A DNA stretch of 63,755 bases, the filler included, from Ministeria vibrans ATCC 50519 (Eukaryota > Protista > Filasterea): NCBI GenBank assembly GCA_943704425.1. It is 8 parts of 8 records of this genome, joined end to end, with 100 filler letters (N's around TTAATTAATTAA, not from the genome) between each part and the next. Parts side by side here need not be neighbours in the genome. Positions count along the whole stretch, not along the records: positions 1 to 16,809 come from CALSCP010001335.1; 7 more parts are not named here. One strand, written 5' to 3'. The translations under genes and the position numbers were made by a program. The notes below the pieces were generated by a model. That model was not told the origin of the DNA, did not search any database, and worked only from the letters and a program-made list of their open reading frames with translations. How positions within the stretch are numbered: position 1 is the stretch's first letter; every line of letters begins with the position of its first letter. Shown in pieces: positions 1 to 11,700 of this stretch.

Positions 1-52
<52 letters not shown>
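1..52. repeat. (GT)n microsatellite
   Basis: Direct dinucleotide run at the window start. Confidence 0.95.
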
Positions 53-53
<1 letters not shown>

Positions 54-399
54 TGATCGTCGAAGTAACTAGAAAGAGAACCGAAATTATTGTTCAAACT
101 CGTTTTTCAACGAAGAATATGCCTCGCATACTTATAAGACTTTGAATAACCGGATCTTCGAAGTTGAATCTATCTCTTGACTCTACTTATGTTGGTACAT
201 TCCCTAGGCTAGGGAGTAAGAGGGAGTGCGTTTGCCAGGCAGTCTGTCTGTGTCTTTGCGTGGCAGCTATATCGTATTATTCTTCTTCTTATTCATATTA
301 TGATCATACATTTCTCATACGAGTGACGATACTAAATCAAAAACACAGAGAGCGTTCTTCTTCTCTGACCTAAAACCATAATTCAACACAGATTTTTTT

Positions 400-1435
400 T
401 CATTTGAGTTTTCTCGCAGCGTGTTGCTTGAGACCCTTCTCCCAGTCGCGCACTCCCATTCCATCGGGCGTATACACACACGTCACTCCGAGTGTCTATT
501 AAAACAAACAGAATCAATCACATTATTAACTGTATCCCTTTTCTTTTACTTCAACGTCTCGGATGTTATCCCTACAAACAGTTTCGTCTCATTGCCTCAT
601 TCTCTTTTGTTGTTGTTGTGTGTGTGTGACAATACTACCTTTGGTTATCGAAGAAAATCATATCTTCATATGGAATGTTCGTTTTCTTATGGAGTGCGCG
701 AAAATGCGTCTTTTTTGAGCCTTTGTATATTTCAAAGTGCTGACAAACGGCTCTGAGGTTCGGACCATTCGGAGTGAGTTCAAGAAGGTCCATACACTCA
801 TCGGCCCACTCTGGAACAATATATGAAACAAAACAATCGAAGTGTAATAACATTAGTAATGAAACATATCTTTCTTCCCTCACACACACACATACATACA
901 TACATACACACACACTGTCTATGTGTGTGTGTGTGTGATGCAAAAGTGCGTGTGTATAACAGACATGCGTGTGGGAGTTTAATCCCAAGAAGGCGACACT
1001 GCTCTGACTTGCACATGAAACGAGTCCAACGGGCCTTACCGGGCTCGTCGCACTTTGACGCGTACGCTACAAGAGTGTCCTTGTACTCCTCTTTAGTGTG
1101 TAGCTCCAGCAGCGCCCTGCATTGCAATATGAGACTGAGAAAGAGAGAGAGAGAGAGAGAGAGAAGGGTTGTGTTGTCTCACTGGCGCGCCCCTTCGAAA
1201 ATCGTCACTTCGGTCCCTTTGCGGTCCGTGACTCGGCCACTCTTGGGACACTTTCCAAATGGCGCACCACCGCCCCAGAGTTCGTACATTTCCTGTGATA
1301 TCATATGTGTGAGATGAATGAGAAGCGTTTGCGTTGTGACAAAGTCCAAACCGGTTGCCAGACTGTAAAGTCCAAATCGAGCGCAACCAGACGAGGTATT
1401 CTTCGAGCGGCGTTTGTGCTAGCAGCAGCCGTCAT
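400..1435 (-). CDS. MDP1: Magnesium-dependent phosphatase 1 (HAD family), multi-exon
   Basis: Spliced reading: MTAAAS..LVALDLDFTVWQP|EMYELWGGGAPF..; FEIYKGSKKTHFRALHKKTNIPYEDMIFFDNQ; LGVTCVYTPDG..KLK* (TGA 400-402). DxDxT motif and GT-AG introns. Confidence 0.85.
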
Positions 1436-1500
1436 AGGAGTAGAAAAAGAGTGTGAATAATTACATAATTATGTGATTTTTTCAATTTTCACTTTTTTTT

Positions 1501-2337
1501 ATGATCTGGGCCCTTGACTTTGACGGCGTTCTGTGCGACTCGGTTGTTGAGACGTGTACGACGGGGTTTCGTGCAGCAGTACGCCTGTGGCCTGGCGCTT
1601 TCAGCGAGTTTGCCGACTCGGACTTGTCTCTGCTGTTCATGCCCGACTGGCTCGACACAAGCATGCGCAGCGTGCGCCCCGTGCTTGAAACGGGGTATGA
1701 GACGATGCTGTTTGCAAGGAGACTCGTGGAAGGGCGTCGTGACGCGGCAGAAGGCAATCTGAACAACGCGTCAGCTCAACTCGTCGCAAACTGGTCTCGA
1801 AATGAGCGCGACTTGGCCATTGCCGCATACGGCACCACCAAGGAGGCACTCATCAAGGCATTTGGCGACGAACGTGATCTGTGGCGATCGCGCAACGAAC
1901 ACGAATGGCTGCACACGAATCGTTTCTTTCCCGACGTCGTCGACGCACTCAACACTCTCCTCTCCTCCCCGCGCAACGGGCGACCCGTCATCATCACCAC
2001 CAAGCAAAAACGCTTTGCCGCAGCTCTTCTGCACAATGCAGGTGTTGCCATCCCCCTAGAAGACATCTACGGACTCGACTCGGGTCGCTCAAAGATAGAA
2101 ATTCTCACGGAACTTAGCACACACGACAAACACATCACATTTGTGGAGGACCGCGTTGCCATGCTGTATGAAACACAGGATATTGCTCATCTCAGTCATG
2201 TGACCCTGTGGCTTGCCAACTGGGGTTACAACACTCCCGAACAGCGCGATCAGTTCGCACAGGAAGGCAAACGATGCGCTCTCGTCTCCCTCGAGTCCTT
2301 TGTCTCAGCGCTCAAACAGCCATCTTTTTCGCCTTGA
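1501..2337 (+). CDS. Intronless HAD-superfamily hydrolase (resembles a cyanobacterial/algal family)
   Basis: 278-aa ORF with ALDFDGVLCDS (motif I), RPVLETGYE, ITTKQKRF, FVEDR, LANWGYNT. Confidence 0.8.
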   Translation: MIWALDFDGVLCDSVVETCTTGFRAAVRLWPGAFSEFADSDLSLLFMPDWLDTSMRSVRPVLETGYETMLFARRLVEGRRDAAEGNLNNASAQLVANWSRNERDLAIAAYGTTKEALIKAFGDERDLWRSRNEHEWLHTNRFFPDVVDALNTLLSSPRNGRPVIITTKQKRFAAALLHNAGVAIPLEDIYGLDSGRSKIEILTELSTHDKHITFVEDRVAMLYETQDIAHLSHVTLWLANWGYNTPEQRDQFAQEGKRCALVSLESFVSALKQPSFSP

Positions 2338-2595
2338 AAGCAGAAAACGCAGAGTAATATGCTAAGTCATATTCAGGTGTTATAAAACGGTCTTTCCTAA
2401 CGTGAACTAGGTATAATTATATGTAATAATAATAATAAAATAAATAGAGAATCGAGAGCTGTACGTCAAAACAAGACTATAATTATACAAAACAAAGAGC
2501 AGCACAATACTAATATTTATTATTATTATTATTATTGATTTAAAATAATAATGAAGACGTGAAAAATGTACTCTTATTATGTTTGTGATTATGGT

Positions 2596-4621
2596 TCATA
2601 GCAAATCAAGAAAGGAATCGAGACCCTGACCCAACTCCCAAATTGACAGACCCGTTCCCATCTCACTCATCAACTTCAGCCGCTCATTCAGCGAGTACAG
2701 CGTGGGAAAATACACTTTGTGCGTCGACTGAGCAGTCTTATACGAAAAAGAGTGTTCCTGTGAAGTCCGCTCCAGAGTTATTTTTGCGGGCTTGTGTGTG
2801 CGCAATAGCCCAATATATTCATGAGACACAATCGGACGTGAATTCTGCGCATTCCCCACATCAAAATCATATCCATAGAAATTCGTTCCCATCAGCAACT
2901 TTGAAGCAGTGACCGACCGGCCAGTGACCGACTTCTGGCTGAGCAGCAACTTATGAATGTTTGAGTGGACCCACTCAATGGGACTGGAAGGACCCGCTTT
3001 GTGTGCGCCCGATGAAAAATCGTATGTCATTACGGAGAACCGATCGATTTTCAGTCGTGAGATGAGCGTGCTTAGCTCAGCTGAATCAAAACTGTTTGGG
3101 ATATTTCGGTCGGGCTACAATATACAAAAGAAAAGAAATAAAATTAAAAATAAAATAATTTTTTATTATTGCTATTATTACACACACAAAACAGAAAAAG
3201 AAAGGAAGAGTCTTTGTTGATTTTTCTTATGATTATTATGATTCTGGTTATTCTTTTTAATATTATTATTACTTTAGATTGAATAGCAAAAATGTATAAA
3301 ACTGTAAGTTTGGTTTTGGCTTTCGGGTTTTGCAGTAGTTTTATGAGTGATTGTTTTCATCAATTTAGCGAGTGATAAAGAAACTTGATGAAATTGATCA
3401 CAAAAAGGGGAAAATAAATTTTGACGTACCATAACAGTGAGAATAATTTTAAGGTTTTCTTTGTGAAGTGCACTTGAGAGTTCACTTAAGATGTCAGTCC
3501 AATCTTTCAAAAATGTGTAAACCCCTTGCAAAAAAAAGTCAGTGAATTAGTTTTAAAAACTATGTCTTCTTGGTGTGAGCTTTTTTTACCGATTGACGCA
3601 AGATCTAATACAATTCCATCAAACCCCATTTGAATGCACTCTTTGACAATCATTTTGAAGAGTCGTTTTCGCTGTGACTTCTTTTTGAGTAGTTTTGACG
3701 TGATTTGTTGTGCAGAAAGTTGATCGAAATAAAAACGAGGGGTGATTTGAGTGGTGGAATTCAGTCGAACTTGAGACATCCATTCACTGTCCACGTCATG
3801 TCGTCCAACCTGACAAGAAAAATTGATTGCGTGTGTCATTTTGTGCGTTATTTGGTGTCTCTCTCTCATTTGTGTGTTATAGGTGTGCCGTTTGTGACGT
3901 ATGGCTTGTATGTGTCAGCTATGTGTCATTTGTGTCATATTCCATGTGTGTGTCATTTGTGTGTCATTTGTGTGTCATTTGTGTGTCATTTGTGTGTCAT
4001 TTGTGTGTCATTTGTGTGTCATTTTTGTGTCATTTGTGCTTCATTTGTGTGTCATTTGTGTGTCATTTGTGTGTCATTTGTGTGTCATTTTTGTGTCATT
4101 TGTGTGTCATTTGTGTGTCATTTGTGCGTCATGTGTGCGTCACTGGCGTCATTTGGCTTATTTATCTCTCATTTGTGTGTCATTTGTATCATTTTTGTCA
4201 CTTTCGTACGATTTTAAACTTGTCGTTCTCTGACCGCAGCAAATACCACACGGGCGAGATGTACGTAAACTTGTGGCGGAAGATCTTGGCAACGTCGTAG
4301 CCGTGTGCGTTCCAGGGAGTTACATAACCCAAAGTTTCGCCTAAGCGAGACACACACACACACACACACACACACAAATTGTCAGAATCTCACGCGTGTG
4401 GGTCTCTCTGCGTCACTTTCTGCGCGTGCCTGCAAAGTTCTTTGTCTCTGGCGACGTGTGCTTGTCGTGGCTGTCGACAATAGAGGACCAGGTTGGCTGA
4501 CGAGACACGAATGAGAATCAATCGAATCAATCGAAATGCAATGCGCGCTTACAGTCTTTGTGGGCGTCGCTACCGCTGCAGCGCACATGAGGCAAGCCAG
4601 TGTAAGGATAGTATACCTCAT
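2596..4621 (-). CDS. CHID1: Chitinase domain-containing protein 1 (GH18-like), multi-exon
   Basis: Signal-peptide-like N-terminus; GYVTPWNAHGYDVAKIFRHKFTYISPVW; GFDGIVLD; MTYDFS..GPSSPIEWV; LMGTNFYGYDF; YFPTLYSLNERL..SIWELGQGLDSFLDLL. Confidence 0.85.
3830..4200. repeat. 10-bp minisatellite (TGTGTCATTT)n inside a CHID1 intron
   Basis: Visible tandem array, degenerate at the edges. Confidence 0.9.
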
Positions 4622-4736
4622 GACGAATACGGAAACAATTTGAGTGACAAATGACTTGACACAAACTAGATATGAAAATAATAATCAAAATCATATTCAA
4701 ACTTTTTCTTTGTCCCTCTCGCTCTCGCATGAGGTC

Positions 4737-5140
4737 ATGTCGGACGCTGTGACTGTGGTGCTTGAGCACTTGCAAGCAGAGAACCAGCAGCTTTCGGAGG
4801 AGCTGCTGAAGCAATTTGAAATTGCGACCAGTTTGAAACAGCTCGTCGTGGCGGCGACTGGAGGCGATCTGCAGCAGCGCATTGTCGAGATGGAGCGGGA
4901 GAACATCGAGTTGAGACAGGAGCTTGGTCGGCTGTGCGAGCAACTGCCCCAATTGGCGGCACAGACGCGCAGTGCACTGCGTCGCGAACGACAGCAATCG
5001 ACGGGGATCGTCGCTGCGCTGCTACGGGCCATTGACGCCGCCGACGAGTCGTCCATGAAGGAAGGTACCCCCTGTTTTATCATGCATACGGCGTTGTGGA
5101 TGAATTGGCTGTTGCTTTGTAGCGAGAAGGAGCGCAGATG
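4737..5140 (+). CDS. Hypothetical coiled-coil protein, probably spliced (3' end uncertain)
   Basis: MSDAVTVVLEHLQAENQQLSEELLKQFE.. is E/Q/L/R rich with coding-like GC; possible intron gtaccc..ttgtag near 5065-5122. Confidence 0.45.
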
Positions 5141-5358
5141 ACTTCCTCGAATCCCATCAACAGTCAGCCGAGTCCTTTCTGCCGCGCAACGCAGTCGGAG
5201 GAGTCGAGGGAGACGTTGCTCTTGATTGCTGTAGCTGTTGCACAGGGGAACTCAAGATTGTCTAGCAGTCGATGTACCATGTACAAACTTGTATGATTAA
5301 ACACACACTCACACACACACTAACTGAAACTATAGTTCTTGTGATTTCACACACAATT

Positions 5359-6518
5359 TTACTTTACATTGTCCATTTCAAGTATCTCGTGCGCATTTGA
5401 AGCATCCGAAATGAGCGACTGGGTCTCAGACTGCGCTGTGGGCTCACCGCCACTCTGACTCTGAGTGCGACTCTGACTCACACTGTCACTCTCCACATCC
5501 GATCGCAATTTCTTGGGCAAATGCGATATATGCGACCAGAGACTCTCATAATGCGCAAAATAAGACACAGACGCAATCAGCGAACCCAACAGAAATCCCG
5601 TCAGTGCGTCGCGCCAAAAGTGTCGATTATCCTCAGTGCGACTAATGGCGACCCACAGAGCCAAAAGAACCGGAAGAACACACAGAAACATCTGAGAGTT
5701 GACAATTGTGGGAGTGTGAGTAAAACCAGAGGCATTTTCTCTCCATGTACCTTCCAAGAATGATAACGACCATCGCACAAATGGAGCTTGCCTGCACACC
5801 ACAAAGCACAAAAGACCAACCCAGATGCACTCATTGAACTGTGACCCGACGGCCAACTCTTGTACCCTGGAACAGAGAAAAGAAATTCAATTATAGCGTC
5901 TCGCCTACACACTCAATTCAAATTCACTCTCTCAACGTGTTCACCTTCTTGGATTGTTTTCGTGTTTCCCGTGCAATTCAGCTCAAATTCGTTTTTCCAG
6001 TGCGCCACTCCATCGGGGAAACAACGGAAGAAGAAGTCGGGTCGGGGACGACCCGCAAAGATTTTGAGAAATTCCGTAAAGAGCAGAGTGAAAGCAATCG
6101 ACACACACAGTCCCAAAAGAGACTGGTAGAGGTCGCGCCGACGAGTGTGGGGCTTGAAGAAGAGAAAATTGCAGACGATAAAGACAGCGAGCGGCACAAA
6201 GACACTAATAGCCTGAGAGGGAGATCGAGAGTAAGAGAGAGAAAGAGTAAGAGAGAGGAGAGAGTAAGAGTAAGAGAGAGAGAGAGAGAGTAAGAGAGAG
6301 AGAGAGTAAGAGAGAGAGAGAGAGAAAGAGAGTAAGAGAGAGAGAGAAAGTAAGAGAGAAAGAGTAAGAGAGAGAGTGAGAGAAAGAGTAGAGAGAGAGA
6401 GAGTGAGAGAAAGAGTAGAGAGAGAGAGAGTGAGAGAGAGAGAGTAGAGAGAGAGTAGAGAGAGAGTAAGAGAGAGAGAAAGAGTGAGAGTAAGAGAGAG
6501 AGAGAGTAAGAGAGAGAG

Positions 6519-6571
<53 letters not shown>

Positions 6572-7129
6572 AACAAAGTGATAGAGAGAAAGAAACAAAG
6601 TGATAGAGAGAGAAAGAAACAAAGTGATAGAGAGAGAGAAAGAAACAAACTGATAGAGAGAGAGAAACAAAATGACAGAGAGAGAAACAAAGTGATAGAG
6701 AGAGATAGCGTATGTGTGTGTGGAGGGAGAAAGAAACAAAGTGGTAGAGAGAGAGAGAAGAAAGAAACAAAATAGAGAGGTGCGAATCTCACACATACAC
6801 ACACACACAAAGTCATACGATAAGTGCGCCCATTCCAACAGTCTCCGTCTTAAACTCGTATTTGAGTCCGTCAAGGGACGATTGGAGCACCTGGCGCTCA
6901 AAGGGAGGGAACAGGTTGATGAATCCTGTGGATGATCGATCAGTCGAAAGTGAGCTCACAACACACACACTGAACTTTTTCTCTCTTGACACACACACAC
7001 ACACACAAAACACGCAACAACGACAGCAGCGGTACCGACAACAAGCATGACCCCAAGCAACGTGCCCCAGTCGACAAAGGCCCAGCGCACGTCGGGCGTC
7101 TGGCGGCGACACCACGACACAATTCCCAT
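5359..7129 (-). CDS. PAP2-family lipid phosphate phosphatase (DPP1/LPP-like), multi-exon
   Basis: All three PAP2 motifs: KIFAGRPRPDF, SWPSGHS, SRTEDNRHFWRD; hydrophobic segments. Confidence 0.9.
6220..6780. repeat. AG-rich compound microsatellite with AGAAACAAAGTGATAGAGAG units (PAP2 intron)
   Basis: Direct inspection. Confidence 0.85.
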
Positions 7130-7363
7130 TCGGTGCAGAGAGCGATCAGGCCAAAGAAATATAAGCTTCGTGATCGCCCAAGAGTGTGCTGGTGGCTGCA
7201 CGCTTATGACTTATGAGTCGAAAGCGCAAGCCAAAGGTAACGGAAGAAACTTGTGAACTAGTGAAGAAGAAGAAGACATTGTGAACTAGTGATAATCATA
7301 AGCTTTTTAGTCCTGACCTCTCTTTTTCCTATCTCTCCACCCAAAAAAAAGCAACACCCAACC

Positions 7364-8385
7364 ATGCCTTTCGAGCTCCCTGCCCTTCCCTACGCCGAGG
7401 ATGCGCTTGCGCCCCACATCAGCGCCGAGACCGTCTCCATCCACTACGGACGCCACCACCGCGGATACGTCACCAAGCTCAACGCCGTACGCTGCCACAT
7501 CCCCTCCTTGCATCGCTCCCGCGCCTACCGCCTTCGTTTGCCCGCTGATGACACCGTCGTTTTGACGATTGTTTCCCCTGAAATACACACTCCCCCACTG
7601 TGCGCTTCACAGGCCGCATCTCCCCATCTCATGCCCGCCAACGTGTGTTGTCTTGTAGCTCACCAACGGCACCGCCGATGCCGACAAGTCGCTCGACGAT
7701 CTCGTCAAGTGTACGCCATTCCAAAAATGTCTGATACAATCGCCGTCTCATTTTTTATTGTCTTTTTTCCTCTCAGCCGCTTCAGGAGGTGTGTTCAACT
7801 GCGCCGCGCAGACATGGAACCACACCTTCTACTGGAAGTCCATGTGTGCCAACGGTGGCGGTAAGATTCCGAAATCGATCGAGTGACATAAACTTCCAGT
7901 CACAATTTACACTCACTCTCACTCTCTCTCTCGCTCTCGCTCTCTCGTCGCTGTGCGCATGTAGGCGAGCCCACTGGCGCCATTGCCGCAGCCATTGACG
8001 CTGCTTTTGGTGACTTTGCTTCGTTCAAGAAGCAGTTCTCCGACGTGGCCGCTGGACACTTTGGAAGCGGTAAGATCACAACCGATCCTTCTTGTATTTA
8101 TTATACTCACTCCATCTTTTTTTTGACAACTCTTCGTCACAGGCTGGGCCTGGCTCGTTCAAGGCGCCGACGGCAAGCTTCAGATTGTTGGCACACACGA
8201 CGCCGCCAACCCCATCCGCGGTACGCAAAGCAACGCAAACACCACACAACTCTCTTCCTTCTTTTATTTTCTTTTTTCTATTCTACAGATGGCCTCAAGC
8301 CCATCCTGACCTGCGACGTCTGGGAGCACGCGGTACACACACACACGCACACACACTTCTATTGAATGTCGGCCAACGAAACAAA

Positions 8386-8439
<54 letters not shown>

Positions 8440-8590
8440 GCACACACAATCAAAAATTGTTACACATATGCACTCACACACTCCTTCATATGACTTATAG
8501 TACTACGTGGACTACCGCAATGCGCGCGGGGACTACATTGCGGCGTGGTGGAACCTCATCAACTGGGAATTTGCCAACGCCAACCTGTGA
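7364..8590 (+). CDS. Superoxide dismutase, Fe-type signature, about 7 exons
   Basis: [36 protein letters not shown]; [15 protein letters not shown]; HFGSGWAWL; DVWEHA|YYVDYRN; TGA at 8588-8590. Confidence 0.93.
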
Positions 8591-8793
8591 CTCAATGACT
8601 CTTTGTCGCATCTTTGAAATTCACACTCATTCCTTTTTCTCTGATTTGTTTTCTCTCTCATTTCTCTGATTTTTTTTTTTGAAATCTCGTGTTTGATTTT
8701 GAAAGCGTTGTCTGTTTATTTTGTCTGTTTTGTCTTGATATCTTTTTTGCTTTTGTGCGGGTGTGTGTGTGGTTTTTTTTTCTACAATTAGTT

Positions 8794-11700
8794 TCAGGTT
8801 TCATCGTCATCAGGAGAGTCTACGGAATAGAAATCGCGTCATGTCAATAGTGTGTTTCGATCAAATATGGTGCGGGGGCAATGACTTACAGGAAGGAGAA
8901 GGGCCAGTGGGGCTGGTGGGGGAGTAGGTGGGGCTAGTTGGGGAGTAGGTGGGGCTTGTTGGGGAGTAGGTGGGGCTGGTGGGCGAGTAAGTGGGGCTGG
9001 TAGGTGAGTAAGTGGGGCTGGTGGGCGAGTAGGAGGGACTGGTGGGCGAGTAAGTGGGACTAGTGGGTGAGTAGGAGGGACTGGTGGGCGAATAGGAGGG
9101 ACTTGTGGGCGAGTAGCCGGGGGAGGTGGGAGAGTAGCCAGGCGAGGTGGGCGAGGTGGGGGACGTTGGGGAGTAGCCGGGTGAGGTGGGCGAGTAGCCA
9201 GGTGAAGTGGGCGAGTAGCCAGGTGAAGTGGGCGAGTAGCCGGGGGAGGTAGGGCTGTAGTGCGGAGACCTATCGATGCAGTCAGAGGTCAGTGTCGCCT
9301 CTATCTTCTCTCAATTTGTATCTTACGTTGGACTGAATCCGGGTGAGGTAGGACTGTACGAAGGAGAAGATGGACTGAACGAAGGAGAAGATGGACTGAA
9401 ACTGGGACTGCTCGGTGAAAAGGAAGGGCTCGAAGCACCCGTTGGAGAATCTACATCCAAAACAATAAAAGAGTCAGGGACGAAAACAATTCCTTCAGAA
9501 TTGCACGTTGACTTGCGACTTACATCCGGGAGACGTCACACCACCCATGGCACTCGAAGGCAGCCACGAAGGCGATGAGCTGCTCATGTGCGACGGACTC
9601 GTCGTTGCGTCTAAAAACAAAACACAAAATTCCATCAATGCCAGAAAAAAAAAGAAAAAAAAAGAAAAGAAAAAAAAAGAAGAAAGAAATCTTACAGGCT
9701 GGACTGGTGATACGGTGGTCCGGGGAATAGGCACTGAGAGGGGACTCAGGACCGGGACTGGCACCGCCAACACTGCCACCCCAGGGCGAGAATCCACCCG
9801 TGGTAGGCGAGAACACTCCCGAATTAGGCGATGCAGTCGAGCCGGGAGAGTGGCTGTCGTACGGCGTCGCTGAGTTGGTCAGCAGTGGTGTCTGCATGTG
9901 CGTCTGCCCGTACACATAGCCACCCACGCCACCCATGCCGCCGCCCAGCGTGAACCCATCACCCATGCCGCCCATCATCCCACCAGCCATGTCGCCCACG
10001 TCAATCGCGTGCTCCAGCTGCGCCTCGTCGACAAACAGATCAAACGAGCCGGTGCCCAGAGGTGCCAGCTGACCCAGAATGATGTTCTCCGAAACGCCAC
10101 GCAAGTAGTCGGTCTCGCTGTACTGCGCCGCCTCCACCAGAATTTCGACCGTCTCCTCAAAGGAGCAGCGCATGAGCGCACCCGTCTGCTGTCGGTTGAT
10201 GCCGTGGCGCGTAATAGCCATGAGGGTGCCGCGCGATGTCATCACGTCGCAGAGCAGCGCCAAATGACGGTAGTTGATGTAGATACCGTATCGATCGTAC
10301 ACCACAAAGACCTCCTTGAGGAGCGCCTGGCGTGCCCCTTCAATGCCAAGAATCTCGCAAATCTCCACAATGTCGTTGCACGTCGTGCGCGTCGTGTCAA
10401 TGTCCTTGGTGCTCAGCGCCTTGAGAAGGTTCGAGCCGTCCGTCTCGAGCACCCACTCCTTGGCGTCCTCGGCACCGCCCTTGCTAAAGCTGCCGTCGCT
10501 GACAAAGTGCGGACGCGGCTGCTGATTCATAAAAACGCGCGAGATGCCCTCCACACCAGACAGCACCACGTCATCCATGAGCGGTGTGCACATGCGACGC
10601 ATCAGCTCCAGCGCTTGCTCCTGCTCTTGGCGGTCGTCGCCCTTTTGCAGACGGAAGCGCAGACGGAGCACAAGCGGCAGCGGCATCACGGTGTTGTGGT
10701 CCGACGAGAGCACTTCAATGTGTTCATGCCCAATAAAGTTGCGAACTCGCTCCGCCAAATCGTCCATGTTGACGTTGCAGTCCACCAGTGCCAGACGACT
10801 CACCTGAATGCGCATCATCCACTCGCTCAGCAGCGTCTCGTCAAAGTCTTCGGGCTCCACCAGGTAGTACTCCTCAACGAAGGTCTGGTCGATCGCAATG
10901 TTGCTCGTCTTGGGATCCGGGTCGTACCAGATCTCAATCGAGTCGGTGACGTGACGCAGTGTCGTGAAACGCAGCTTGTTCACCACTTCCTTGGCACGGT
11001 CGCTATCGTGCGCAATCTCACGGTCCACGTACACCGTGAGCGACGGCGTCTTGGGGTTGCGTGACACATTGATAATCTCCGTCAGGCGCGGCACGCCCAG
11101 TGTCACATTCTTGGAACTGACACCCGCAAAGTGAAACGTGTTCAGCGTCATTTGCGTCGCAGGCTCGCCCAGCGACTGACCCGCCACAGCACCGACCATC
11201 TCCGAGGGCTGTACACGCGCCACGCGGAATCGCTGTGCAATCTCGCCGCACACCCACTTGAAGGCGTCGGGTGTCAATCGCTCGGCAAGCACCTTGCGTG
11301 TCGCCAGCTTGGCGCGCAGATACATGCCAAAAATAAGCGTCGCACTGCGCTGCGCCTCAATCGAGAAATGGTCCGTGCCCGGCACCACCACCAGACTTAC
11401 AATGAGGTTTGTCACCTCCTCGTATACGTCAATGGGACTGAGGTTTGTCTGCGACTGACCCGAAATGTCAAACGTCTTGCGTGCGCTCCACAGCAGACGA
11501 TCGACATTCACCGCAACCGTGGGCCACTGGTTAAGCAGCCCGGTGCCCGACGGAAACAGCACCTGCAACTCCTCCTTGTCAGCGCGAATCTGCGCAAACT
11601 CCTCGTCGAGTCGCGCTTGGTTCTCGTTGCGTCGGTCACCCAAAAGATCGTTGTAGACACTCTCCTCGAGCGACGACCGCAACGACTTGTTGATGGTGAA

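Noticed and set aside
73-180. Possible terminal exon (KENRNYCSNSFFNEEY..)
   Set aside because: No recognisable homology and too little context
5913-6901. Long Leu/Ser-, Cys/Val- or Arg/Glu-rich ORFs here and at 3705-4300, 27571-28015, 30679-31375, 56725-57214
   Set aside because: Translations of intronic micro- and minisatellites
8900-9265. G-rich repeat as a telomere or independent satellite
   Set aside because: It is the antisense strand of the RPB1 CTD heptads
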